Below, in pieces: positions 42,449-52,257 of a DNA stretch of 64,000 nucleotides; the stretch's first letter is position 1; every line of letters begins with the position of its first letter. Made by a program: the position numbers and the translations under genes. The DNA lies in the NCBI GenBank assembly GCA_963802945.1, contig CAWDKY010000015.1:32001-96000 (forward strand), read 5' to 3'. The DNA is from an uncultured delta proteobacterium (lineage in GTDB: Bacteria; Desulfobacterota; RBG-13-43-22). The notes under the pieces are model-generated. The model was given only the letters and a program-made list of their open reading frames with translations, was not told the DNA's origin and did no database searches.

Positions 42449-43171
42449 ATGAGAAGAGAGAACAGGAAATCCAAGTATGCAGGAGTAAGACTGAGTGAAG
42501 AGCAAAGCCGCGTCTTATCACAGCTGCGGCAAAATTCCACCCTGAGCAAAAGCGAGATTCTGTTGAGAGGTTTGGATCTTCTTGCTGAATATTATTCGCT
42601 TGGTCTTAACGAACCACCTTTGAACCTTGAGTTAAGAGACCTCGAGATGGAAGCTGTTCATCATGCGGAGGCTCTTAGACAAATCAAGAAAAAGGAAGGA
42701 GCTATTTTGCAAATGGTTCAGGAGTTAATTAATGTCGAAAAGATTCTGGATAAATACCAGCGTGACAAAAGCAATTTAATCCAGATACTTCTTGACATTC
42801 AAGCACAAAATCACTGGCTTCCTAAACCGGATCTGATTTGGGTTTTCGAAAGGCTAGGGGTTCCTTGGTCCCAAATTTACCACATTGTTACCTTCTACAA
42901 AGCATTTAGTCTTATCCCTCGGGGTCGACATATGATGCAAGTATGCCTTGGGACTGCCTGTCAGGTAAGAAGTGGGCCACGAGTTCTGGATAAAGTGATG
43001 GATCTTCTTGGGATTAAGCCTGGTGAGACAGACCAGGAGCAAAAGTTTAGTTTATTTACAGTAAACTGTTTGGGCTGTTGCGCTTTGGGGCCAGTGGTAG
43101 CTGTTGATATGGATTACTATAGCGATCCCTCTACAGAACAACTTAAACAGATAGTCGCTAGCTATAAGTAG
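42449..43171 (+). CDS. NuoE-like 2Fe-2S subunit (BamG-like) with ~90 aa N-terminal RHH-like extension
   Basis: TFYKAF, VCLGTAC, NCLGCCALGP; AAGGAG RBS before ATG 42449. Confidence 0.85.
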   Translation: MRRENRKSKYAGVRLSEEQSRVLSQLRQNSTLSKSEILLRGLDLLAEYYSLGLNEPPLNLELRDLEMEAVHHAEALRQIKKKEGAILQMVQELINVEKILDKYQRDKSNLIQILLDIQAQNHWLPKPDLIWVFERLGVPWSQIYHIVTFYKAFSLIPRGRHMMQVCLGTACQVRSGPRVLDKVMDLLGIKPGETDQEQKFSLFTVNCLGCCALGPVVAVDMDYYSDPSTEQLKQIVASYK

Positions 43172-43187
43172 ATAAGAGGAGAGAATT

Positions 43188-45104
43188 ATGAGAAAATTAG
43201 GTTCACCCGCAGATCTGGACAGGTTCAGGCGGCAGCTTGTTTCAAAGCGCGATCCTAGCCTCCCGTGTGTGACAATTTGCTCGGGTACGGGGTGCCAGGC
43301 CTACCGTGCCGAAGATGTGGCTGATACCTTCGTCCGTGAGATTGAAAAACAAGGGCTTAAGAAGAAAGTTAGCTTTCGACGCACTGGATGCCATGGTTTT
43401 TGCGAGCGTGGATCAATAGTGATTATCTTTCCCCAGGAGATCTGTTATCTGGGCGTGAGCAGCAAAGATATCCCCGAGATTATCTCCCAGACTCTGGGTA
43501 AGAATAAGCTGGTCGAACGTTTACTTTATAAGGATGACAAGACTGGTCAAAGTATAGCTTATGACTCAGAGATACCATTCTATAAGAACCAGAGTCGTAT
43601 ACTTCTTGCTAATAACCGGCTTATTAGCCCTCAGAATATTGATGATTATGTTGCCCTCGGGGGTTATTCTGCTCTCGTCAAGACCCTGTTTGAGCTTGGC
43701 CGTGATAATGTGCTGCAAATGATAAAGAATGCTAATCTGCGGGGTAGGGGTGGGGGCGGATTCCCGACCGGGATAAAATGGGAAACAACCCGTAATGCGC
43801 CCGGAGAGCCAAAATATGTTATTGTCAATGCCGATGAGGGCGATCCGGGGGCTTATATGAATCGAAGCTTGCTTGAAGGAAACCCCCACAGTGTGCTGGA
43901 AGGGTTGATTATCGGCGCTTATGTCATTGGTTCCAATAAGGGCTTTGTCTATGTCCGCCAGGAATATCGTCTAGCTGTGCAAAACGTTGCTATTGCTATT
44001 GAGCAAGCACGAGAATATGGACTTCTAGGTGAAAACATTCTAGGTTCAGGTTTCAATTTTGATGTCGATATACATCGGGGTCCTGGTGCTTTCGTATCGG
44101 GAGAATCAAGCGCATTAATGACGGCGATAGAAGGAAGGGTGGGTGAGCCAAGACCAAAGTATGTCCGCACGGCGGTAAGCGGCATCTGGGAGAGACCGAG
44201 CAACCTGAATAATGTGGAGACCTGGGCAAACGTGCCTCTCATTATAAATAAGGGTGTGGACTGGTTTAAGAGCATAGGTTCCGCAGGGAACCCGGGAACA
44301 AAGATTTTTTCTTTAGTTGGTAAGGTTAAGAATACTGGTCTAGTTGAGGTGCCGTTGGGTACTACATTTAGAGAAATTATCTTTAACATTGGTGGTGGCA
44401 TTCCCAAAGGCAAAAAGTTTAAAGCCGTTCAAACAGGGGGGCCCTCAGGAGGCTGTATTCCGGAGAGCCTGTTAGATATGCCGGTGGATTTTGATAACAT
44501 TGCCAAAGTTGGCTCGATGTTGGGCTCAGGTGGAATGATTGTCATGGACGAGGACAATTGCATGGTGGATATTGCCAGATACTTCGTTAATTTCCTCTGC
44601 GAGCAATCCTGTGGAAAATGCGTTCCTTGCCGCGAGGGGTTAAGACAAATGCACGTCATCTTGAATAACATCTGTAACAGCAAAGGCAAGGAAGGAGACA
44701 TTGAACTTCTCCATGAGATCTCTGAGGTAATGCAGGACGCTTCCCTCTGTGCTCTTGGTACTACTGCTGCCAATCCAGTGTTGAGCACCATCAAGTATTT
44801 CAGAGATGAGTATGAGGCACATATCCGTGAGAAGCGTTGTCCCGCTGGCGTTTGTCGAGAACTTATAACCTATTACATCCTTCCTGAGAAATGTAAGGCC
44901 TGTCTTATCTGCTTCCGAAACTGCCCGACAGGGGCGATTATTGGCAGGAAGGATACCGTTCATGTCATCGACCAAGCGAAGTGCACTAAGTGTGGGACTT
45001 GCCTTGAGGTCTGTCCTACTCGCTTTGGAGCAGTGGTGAAACTCTCGGGTCAGCCAGCGCCGGTGTCGGCTCTTGATGGCACCAAGGTAATACGGAGAAA
45101 GTGA
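43188..45104 (+). CDS. NuoF-like FMN/NADH subunit (BamH-like)
   Basis: RGRGGGGFP, NADEGDPGA, NNVET, GGPSGG, SCGKCVPCREG, C-terminal 2x4Fe-4S. Confidence 0.92.
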   Translation: MRKLGSPADLDRFRRQLVSKRDPSLPCVTICSGTGCQAYRAEDVADTFVREIEKQGLKKKVSFRRTGCHGFCERGSIVIIFPQEICYLGVSSKDIPEIISQTLGKNKLVERLLYKDDKTGQSIAYDSEIPFYKNQSRILLANNRLISPQNIDDYVALGGYSALVKTLFELGRDNVLQMIKNANLRGRGGGGFPTGIKWETTRNAPGEPKYVIVNADEGDPGAYMNRSLLEGNPHSVLEGLIIGAYVIGSNKGFVYVRQEYRLAVQNVAIAIEQAREYGLLGENILGSGFNFDVDIHRGPGAFVSGESSALMTAIEGRVGEPRPKYVRTAVSGIWERPSNLNNVETWANVPLIINKGVDWFKSIGSAGNPGTKIFSLVGKVKNTGLVEVPLGTTFREIIFNIGGGIPKGKKFKAVQTGGPSGGCIPESLLDMPVDFDNIAKVGSMLGSGGMIVMDEDNCMVDIARYFVNFLCEQSCGKCVPCREGLRQMHVILNNICNSKGKEGDIELLHEISEVMQDASLCALGTTAANPVLSTIKYFRDEYEAHIREKRCPAGVCRELITYYILPEKCKACLICFRNCPTGAIIGRKDTVHVIDQAKCTKCGTCLEVCPTRFGAVVKLSGQPAPVSALDGTKVIRRK

Positions 45105-45111
45105 GGGAAAT

Positions 45112-45711
45112 ATGGCAAAAATAAAATTGGAAATAGATGGTAAACTTGTTGAGGCAGAGGAGTCAATGACTCTTCTCCAGGCAGCTCGGAAGGCAGAAAT
45201 CGACATCCCTACCCTTTGCTACAACGAGCGGTTGTCTCCTTACGGTGGATGCCGGCTGTGTGTGGTAGAAATAAGTAGGAATAATAGAACGAGGATAGTA
45301 GCATCCTGTGTCTACATGGTAGAAAATAATTTGGTGGTAAAAACTGAGTCAAAACGAGTGATAAAGATTCGTAGAATGATTTTAGAGCTCCTTTTGCCCC
45401 TCTCTCCTACAGGACCAATAGAGAGTCTAGCTAGAAAATATGGCCTTGAAAAGTCACGGTTCCCGAGTGTAAATACAGGTTGTAGTTTATGTGGCTTATG
45501 CGTCCGCTACTGCGCAGAAATTAAGAAAGCCAATGCTATTGGCTTCATAGGTAAAGGCGTAGAACGTGAGGTTGCTTACATGCCAGATGTAGCTATCAAA
45601 GTATGTCCTGGCTGCCGAGAGTGTTTTGTTTTTTGTCCTGGGGGCAAAGTCATTACAGAACGCCCTTATGGAACTTGGTTCCCAACCCTGAGTTGGCAGA
45701 AGAAACCATAG
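45112..45711 (+). CDS. NuoG N-terminal-like Fe-S subunit (BamI-like)
   Basis: IPTLC, GGCRLCVVE, ASC, CSLCGLCVRYC, CPGCRECFVFCP. Confidence 0.88.
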   Translation: MAKIKLEIDGKLVEAEESMTLLQAARKAEIDIPTLCYNERLSPYGGCRLCVVEISRNNRTRIVASCVYMVENNLVVKTESKRVIKIRRMILELLLPLSPTGPIESLARKYGLEKSRFPSVNTGCSLCGLCVRYCAEIKKANAIGFIGKGVEREVAYMPDVAIKVCPGCRECFVFCPGGKVITERPYGTWFPTLSWQKKP

Positions 45712-46091
45712 CTTCATTATTAATAACCAACCCGATGAGGTCTCCGTCGCTCGCCTCGCTCACTCATAACATGCAGGCCTTTCAGCACTACCAACCAGGG
45801 CTCACATTCAGAACTACTTCTTCTTTTCTATCTGGTCATTTTTGATAGTGAGGACCACTTTATCGCCGATTTTGTTTATTTTGTCGAAGGTTATGTGGTC
45901 TTTTTGTTCCAGCCTGCTCGAACCGGTTCGGAAAGGGTCCCCTCTATCATGGCGTCAGAAACTGCTACAAAATGGTGATAATGACAATCAATAAACATGG
46001 CGATTTCCTTTGAGAAATGGAGTCCATTATTTTTCCATTGACACTCCTTGGATGTGTCCATTTTGAAAAAAGTAAATATTTCAATCAGTAA

Positions 46092-46717
46092 GTGTGCCAC
46101 GAAGCCGCACAAGAGATGAGAGGAGGTCCCTCGAAGTCGGCTTGCAGGGGTTGGCTTCAAACTACCTTAAGCTGCATTGGTCAAGAGCCATTGTGGTGAG
46201 CGTTAAGGAAAAGGCAGGGCAACGACCCTGTCAAGTGAGGATCAGGGAGGCGAGCGCAAGCGAACTATTTCTGAGGTGTCGAAATGAATTGGATGATGTC
46301 AAAACTGGGGGGCTTACTGATCCCCAGGATAAGTTCAAGGGGGACCTGTTTACTGCTTGGGCGAAATCCGGCATAAAGGTAGCGCGAACCTGATTCAGGC
46401 TCTTGTGTTGAACGTGGGAACCTGTCGTTCCGATGATAAGGGAGAAATTCAAGTGGAGGAAACCACAAGAATGAGAGTACCGATGCGGAAAACAGGGGCG
46501 GACCAACTCGTAGTAGTGTTGAAGTTCCTGTAATGGGAATGGAGCGAAGGGGTTGGATCATCCGTCCTTACTTTTTGGTCAACCAGTGATGGGAGGAGCC
46601 AGGAGGCAAGGCAAGGTTGCTATAAAAGACAACCGGATGATAGGAGCCGGATGACGGGAGACTGTCACGTCCGGATCTGTGAGGGCCTGGGGGTGAAATT
46701 CCCCCGGGCTCCTCGAC
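46092..46717 (+). mobile_element. ORF-less group II intron (class D-like RNA)
   Basis: 5' GUGUG at 46092; GAACGUGGGAAC; domain V GAGCCGGAUGACGGGAGACUGUCACGUCCGGAUC; domain VI ending CGAC 46717; no RT ORF. Confidence 0.88.
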
Positions 46718-46906
46718 TCAACAAAAGGGAATTGAAATTTCTTGACTTTTTCCCAATTAAACGATAGAAAATCATTAATAAATTAAAAAAGTTTTCTTGT
46801 GAGCAATTTTTCTCAACCGTGAAACTGCGGGCGTTCGTAGACTTGTCGATGGTCTGTAGGCCTTATACAGAGTGTATAATTATTGTTAAACAGCAACGGA
46901 GAAGCT

Positions 46907-47650
46907 ATGGCCGACAAGTTTGAAGAGTTTATCGATCGTATCAAGAAGCAGCCCAATTTGATGCAATACAGTGAAGCTGACACGAAGCAGACTATCATAC
47001 TGCCGCTTCTTGGCCATCTCTGTTGGGATTTCAGTGACCGGGATGAAGTGAGACCCGAATATTCTGTCGCTGGCAAGCGGGTTGACTATGCTCTAATCCT
47101 TAGAGGCCAACCTAAAGTATTTATAGAAGCAAAACGTATTGATCAGGATCTTAGCGCCTATCACGAGCAATTAGTCGTCAAAGAAGAAGATTTCTACGGC
47201 CCGTTTGCTGACTGGCTTGTTAACGAACTGGAAGACTGCACCAAAGCAATACCCCTCGGTGGAAACAGATTTAAGGACAAATGGGGAACACCAGATGTCG
47301 TGGGGAAGAATGAGTCGAAACGAAGCGACATAATTCAAGGCCCTGTTGAAATTGTTTCTGCCGAAATAAAAACAGACGCCAATCAATTTAGTACGGCTTT
47401 TGGCCAAACCTGTTCTTATCGACTATTCAGCCACAAAGTGTATCTCGTCATTCCCCTGAACTCCCCCCAAGACGACATCGCCAGACTTGATTCTCTTTGC
47501 ATGGTCTTTAGTATCGGTCTTATACTTTTCAATCCAGAAAGCGTCGAAAATCCTGAATTTGACATACGAGTGAGGGCCAAAAAGCACGACCCAGATATGT
47601 ATTACGTTAATAAGAACATGAAGCTAATCGAAAAGGAATTATTCCAATGA
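46907..47650 (+). CDS. Restriction endonuclease-like protein (HsdR_N-type N-terminus joined to second PD-(D/E)xK-like domain)
   Basis: EADTKQTIILPLL..EVRPEY..RVDY..FIEAK; then KWGTPDVV..AEIK..FGQ. Confidence 0.65.
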   Translation: MADKFEEFIDRIKKQPNLMQYSEADTKQTIILPLLGHLCWDFSDRDEVRPEYSVAGKRVDYALILRGQPKVFIEAKRIDQDLSAYHEQLVVKEEDFYGPFADWLVNELEDCTKAIPLGGNRFKDKWGTPDVVGKNESKRSDIIQGPVEIVSAEIKTDANQFSTAFGQTCSYRLFSHKVYLVIPLNSPQDDIARLDSLCMVFSIGLILFNPESVENPEFDIRVRAKKHDPDMYYVNKNMKLIEKELFQ

Positions 47651-47713
47651 GATACCAGCGGTTGCAGCGGATCGGCCATAAAGAGGGCATCTCGCTGATG
47701 CGTAGCGTTGGAC
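47650..47713 (+). repeat. Degenerate integron attC site
   Basis: accagcggttgcagcggatcgg...tcgctgatgcgtagcGTTGGAC; R' = GTTRRRY, paired cagcgg/tcgctg; R'' degenerate. Confidence 0.6.
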
Positions 47714-47812
47714 CCTATTGCATTGTGCCTTTGGCACCGCAAGATCGTGCCACGGGTCAACGCCGCATTAGCCTCGATTAACGACAGCCGTTGAAATCGG
47801 TGAGGTGATGAA

Positions 47813-48343
47813 GTGTCACTCGGTCTTGTCACAGCAGATGCTGATGGAATCTACCTCGCTGCCGAAAGCGAGGGCCTCCGGTGTGGTCTCATCACCTCCA
47901 AGATTCGGCTGCTACAGTCGGATCCCGAGTTCGCCATCGTTGTTACTGGTGGGCTTGAGCATTGGCGTTATGTCTTCACGTCCTTTCGGTGGCAGCCAAA
48001 TCTAAGGGCTACGTGCGATGAAATCGCACGCTTGCTGAACGAGAACATGAATCGTACAAATCAGGCTTACGGGCTGTTATGTGGCTATGAAGGCGATCAA
48101 CCCGTCTGGTATCGAATCACTCGGTCGGTAGGGTCGGAAGTCTCAAGGTGGTATAAGGGCAGATTGACGGCTGTGGAGATGATTGGTATCGAGGAACATG
48201 CGGTAGCAGCAAGACAGAACGCGGAAGCGGCGATCTTGCGCGGGAATCGTCCAGAACAAGCTTTGCGTGAGGCGATTGAGTCTCGAATTCCAGGCGAGGG
48301 AGTACGAGGCCCTGTTGAGTCGATGAGGATTCCATGCGCCTAA
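47813..48343 (+). CDS. Integron cassette-like ORF, possibly Ntn-hydrolase/proteasome-beta-like
   Basis: GAGGTG RBS, GTG start; stop inside GCCTAA (attC R''-like); N-terminus SLGLVTADADGIYLAAES. Confidence 0.6.
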   Translation: MSLGLVTADADGIYLAAESEGLRCGLITSKIRLLQSDPEFAIVVTGGLEHWRYVFTSFRWQPNLRATCDEIARLLNENMNRTNQAYGLLCGYEGDQPVWYRITRSVGSEVSRWYKGRLTAVEMIGIEEHAVAARQNAEAAILRGNRPEQALREAIESRIPGEGVRGPVESMRIPCA

Positions 48344-48403
48344 TCGGGTAGCCGAGGGTTTTTCTCCCCCGGCCCCCACACCACCCGGCGTGCGGGGTCC
48401 GTA
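48343..48403 (-). mobile_element. 3' end (domain V-VI fragment) of a group IIC-attC intron
   Basis: Minus strand UACGGACCCCGCACGCCGGGUGGUGUGGGGGCCGGGGGAGAAAAACCCUCGGCUACCCGAU joined to TAGGC. Confidence 0.75.
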
Positions 48404-48483
48404 GCTGAGGCAGGCAATCGCACCAATAAACCAAGTTTTCTTGTTGGCAGCCTTTAAACGGGAAGTGTCGATGGAAGGATAAC

Positions 48484-48520
48484 GGACCCCATTTCTCAAA
48501 GGAGAGGTGGGGTTTTTTGT
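48484..48520 (+). terminator. Intrinsic terminator-like hairpin
   Basis: gaccccatttctc...gagaggtggggtttttt. Confidence 0.6.
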
Positions 48521-48574
48521 TTTAAGAGAAGAACCATAATAATTTATGGTCGGCATCAAACGGAGACTTCAAAA

Positions 48575-49255
48575 ATGAAAGATGACAAAAAGACCAAAGA
48601 GCAACTGATCCAGGAGTTGGAAGATCTCCGTTGGAGGATTGCTAAACAAGAAAAGTTAAAAACCGAGCGCAAGCCAGCAGAAAAAGCATTGCAGGAGTCG
48701 GAGGAGAAATATCGTTCCCTGGCATCCTCTGATGACCCCATGTATTTCGTAGACAGGGAATGCCGATATCGGTTCATGAATGAGGCATACTTGTTGAGGC
48801 TTGGCCTATCGTTGGATAAGGTTATAGGCCGATCCTATGGAGAGTTCCATTCAGAAGAAGGTACAAAGCAGTTCGCTGATAAAGTTGAAACAGTGTTCGC
48901 TACAGGTAATTCTTTCCAAACCGAACACAGAAGTGAAAGAGATAATAAATATTTTCTCCGAACATTCGGTCCGGTTAAAGATTTACAGAGAAACGTTACT
49001 TACGTAACAGTGATTTCAAAAGACGTCACCGAGCGTAAGCGGGCTGAGGAGGCGCTCCTGGAATCCGAAAAACGTCTTCAGTGGTTGAACGAACATATTC
49101 TGAACATGGTAAAGGTCCTGTCTCATGATGTCAGGGGACCATTGATTTCCATCGTCTCCATCTTGAAACTCCTGCTTCGAGGCTCCTACGGAGAGCTGGA
49201 TCAAAATCTGGCCAACACCGTCAAGGAACTTTTGTCCCGTTGCCTCCGCCTGTAA
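48575..49255 (+). pseudogene. PAS sensor histidine kinase truncated after the HisKA H-box
   Basis: PAS/PAC (DVTERKRAEEAL), SHDVRGPL, then stop; no HATPase domain. Confidence 0.75.
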
Positions 49256-49310
49256 AAATAGGGTCAGCGCCCAATTATGCCGGTTTTGCTTCGGCCATTG
49301 GAGCTATCTT

Positions 49311-49550
49311 TTATGTGGTCTCTTTGTAATGCGAAGCGTACCAATCAACAACCTCTCGTATCATTTTCTGATAGGAAGTCTTATGTTTCTTCGCCTGCAT
49401 CTTAAAGAAATCGATGCTCGACTTTTTTAAAGAGATAGTAACCTTAAGATGATCTTCTTTCAATACCAATTGATCCGGGGGAAGCAGGAAATCTCTTACG
49501 ACCCTCAGTTCCCCTATCGGTTCATTGGTATAATTTATTTTCGATTTCAT
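49311..49550 (-). CDS. CopG/BrnA-like antitoxin, no adjacent cognate toxin
   Basis: DFLLPPDQL, KVTISL..SIDFFK, SYQKMIR. Confidence 0.75.
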   Translation of the reverse strand: MKSKINYTNEPIGELRVVRDFLLPPDQLVLKEDHLKVTISLKKSSIDFFKMQAKKHKTSYQKMIREVVDWYASHYKETT

Positions 49551-49560
49551 AATGGATTCC

Positions 49561-50394
49561 TTAAATGGTCCCCTTCACCAACTTGTGGAAAGTCTTAACC
49601 CATTCCTTCCACACTCGATCAAAATCAGGCAAGTCCTTCAGCATTGGTCCCAAACGGTTGAGCCAAGCTTTTTCATTCCACTCCCGCAGCGTGTCTGAAG
49701 TGAGACTCTCAATAACAGGCGGCACAGCCCGGAGACGGCATTTCTCCTCGAATAGAGGTTTCAGTTCTTTCCATGTAAAACGTTCGCCTGATTTGCATAG
49801 GATATACCATAAATCATACAAGTCTCTCGGGCGCGGCCACTTCTTCTGCTGTTGAAGTAGCGATCTAAGCTTTTCAGCGAGGATCTCTTTCTTAGAATAA
49901 GCCGTAATTCTAAAAGCAGAAAGATCGGAATAGCTTGATTTGACCGAATGAACAACCGTCTTATCGAGAATAGGCTCATCAAAGGTCAGATGCACCTTGA
50001 CTTGCGGTAACCTCTGCCGTCGAGCCCCTCCCCTATTATACTCCATAGGGATTTCTATTTGAAAATCGCCCGACACCGTCATGGACTCCCGCCCGGACAA
50101 ATTAATACCCGATTCACGTAAAACCCAGGTTCTGGCTTTTTCCAGCCGGCGGATCGATGCTTCAAGGCTATCTCTCTCAGGCCGGCAACTAAAATCGATA
50201 TCCTCAGAGAACCGGTAACCCTTAAAATAGCAGTGCCTCAGGCAGGTCCCGCCCTTGAAGACCCAACCATGCTCTTTCACCCCGGAATGGGCCAATCCAG
50301 ACAGAAGCCAGAGAATGACGTAGTCTTTTTCGACCTGATCAAAGCGGAGTCTTTCCTTTTCGGCCACCCGATGCAGTTCCACCGTCGTAATCAC
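49561..50394 (-). CDS. abiEii: AbiEii nucleotidyltransferase toxin (type IV TA)
   Basis: EKDY, FKGGTCL, RFSEDIDF, AEKLR, RDLYD; GTGA overlap with abiEi stop. Confidence 0.92.
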   Translation of the reverse strand: MITTVELHRVAEKERLRFDQVEKDYVILWLLSGLAHSGVKEHGWVFKGGTCLRHCYFKGYRFSEDIDFSCRPERDSLEASIRRLEKARTWVLRESGINLSGRESMTVSGDFQIEIPMEYNRGGARRQRLPQVKVHLTFDEPILDKTVVHSVKSSYSDLSAFRITAYSKKEILAEKLRSLLQQQKKWPRPRDLYDLWYILCKSGERFTWKELKPLFEEKCRLRAVPPVIESLTSDTLREWNEKAWLNRLGPMLKDLPDFDRVWKEWVKTFHKLVKGTI

Positions 50395-51197
50395 GTTTTT
50401 ATCTCCGCGTTTACTAAAAGCCCCCACCGTCTGTTGTATTTCCCCTTCTTCGGCATGGTCGGGTCAAGCGGAGAGAATCCAGCGGCCCGGGGTATAGAAG
50501 CGCGTAGGGCTTCGACATCTCCCAGGCCCAGCCCTTCCATCAGGAATCCCAACCTTTTGGCCACGGCGGAATTGCCTATTTTAGCGGCGTATTTTCTCAG
50601 CTTTTTCTCGTCCAGCTTCTTCCAGGAGGCGTTCAAGGCTTTGGCAATTTCGCTTGTCCCGCCTACATACTGCGGGAGATCAAGTCCGTCTATGATCGTC
50701 TTCTCCCGATCCGTAACCTTGAAAGGAATCTCGTTTATCCAATCCGTTATGACCCCGAAAATTTTGCCCGGTCTCAGCGACACAATCTTATAATTCACTT
50801 CCAGCACCTCTCCCGGCTGCCGGCGCACAGGATGGTCCGTAGCCACGAAGACGGTATGGGGAAGCTGTTCGGACATACCATGATGGTTTAGGGCCGACCA
50901 GTAAGCGATCACTGCCGGAGATACGATCTCCATGGCGATCACAAACTCATGCAACTGCGGTGAACGGTCTTCGCCGGAAGAGAGTGGAATAATGGCAAAC
51001 CGCCCCCTGCGAATGCGTCTTATCCAACCTTTAGTTTGCAGCCGCTCCAGAAACTGGGGAGTAGGGTCATTCTTTTTATGCCTCAATACTTGGCGGGCGA
51101 AAGGAAGGCCGAAGATTGGGTGAACACCTGCTTTGGCCAGAAATTCGGCTTCCTTCTTCCCTAACGGGCTCCTTGTTATATTTTGTAGGTCATTCAT
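50391..51197 (-). CDS. abiEi: AbiEi antitoxin (type IV TA)
   Basis: wHTH (GWIRRIRRG), SALNHHG..EQ, TDREKTIID, KRLGFL. Confidence 0.9.
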   Translation of the reverse strand: MNDLQNITRSPLGKKEAEFLAKAGVHPIFGLPFARQVLRHKKNDPTPQFLERLQTKGWIRRIRRGRFAIIPLSSGEDRSPQLHEFVIAMEIVSPAVIAYWSALNHHGMSEQLPHTVFVATDHPVRRQPGEVLEVNYKIVSLRPGKIFGVITDWINEIPFKVTDREKTIIDGLDLPQYVGGTSEIAKALNASWKKLDEKKLRKYAAKIGNSAVAKRLGFLMEGLGLGDVEALRASIPRAAGFSPLDPTMPKKGKYNRRWGLLVNAEIKT

Positions 51198-51489
51198 ATG
51201 CTCTTAAGCCTATTTATGTCATACAGAATATAACATTTCGCTAGCATGTCAAGATATTTTTAAATCGAGGGACTCCTGGCAAGTAAAATCTTTAGTTGCC
51301 CTCATTTGGAACAGAGAATCAGTTTAATTCTGACGAGATAAATCGGATTTCAATTTCTATATTTTAGAGTCCCGGATTTAAATTGGTTCCTTAATCCGAA
51401 ATCTACAATCCAAAATCCGAATTAGAAAATGGAGTTTGGCGCCCTAAACTACGTTGAGTTTAGGACAGCCATGAACCTTACATGGTTCA

Positions 51490-51583
<94 letters not shown>

Positions 51584-51725
51584 GTTATGAAAAGACCGGT
51601 TCAAGGTTCGAGGTAAAAATCAAAACCCAAAATATTAGATGAGTTCAAAATACCATCATAATAAATTGGCAGACAATACCAAATGGAACTATCTTAAACC
51701 TTACACCTTGAACCATGAACCATTT

Positions 51726-52232
51726 TTAGTTTCGGCGGGTTTCAAAAAACTTTTGTATCAGTTCCCGGCATTCCGTTTCCAAAACCCCGGAAATTACCTC
51801 AAAGCAATGATTCAAACGCTCATCCTTGGAAACATCATATAAAGAACCCAAGGCCCCGGCCTTGGGATCGGCCGTTCCAAAAATCACCCGATCCACACGG
51901 GCCTGGATCACTGCCCCGACGCACATCAGGCAAGGTTCGATGGTGATGTATAAAATGGTTCCCGGAAGCCGATAATTATTTAGAACCCGGGCGGCCTTTC
52001 GCAGAACCAGAATCTCGGCATGGGCCGTGGGATCATTGTTCTGCCTGGTCCGGTTATGATCAACGGCAATGACCTCGCCTCCGGAAGAAACCAAAACCGC
52101 CCCGATGGGAACCTCATCTTCCTGGAAAGCCTTCTCGGCCTCTTTCAAGGCCGCGGCCATAAATTCTTCCGTTCGGGTTATGGTCCCATCCTCCTTATTT
52201 TCAATAATAAATTGACGGGGGCTTCCTGTCAA
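51726..52232 (-). CDS. tadA: tRNA adenosine(34) deaminase; true start probably 52160-52181
   Basis: EVPIGA, HAE, EPCLMC; adjacent to tRNA-Ser. Confidence 0.93.
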   Translation of the reverse strand: MTGSPRQFIIENKEDGTITRTEEFMAAALKEAEKAFQEDEVPIGAVLVSSGGEVIAVDHNRTRQNNDPTAHAEILVLRKAARVLNNYRLPGTILYITIEPCLMCVGAVIQARVDRVIFGTADPKAGALGSLYDVSKDERLNHCFEVISGVLETECRELIQKFFETRRN

Positions 52233-52257
52233 GCGCTTTAACTTTGTTCAACTTCTT

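Noticed and set aside
42449-45711. Respiratory complex I or [FeFe]-hydrogenase operon
   Set aside because: No membrane Nuo subunits, and the NuoG-like protein is 199 aa with no H-cluster.
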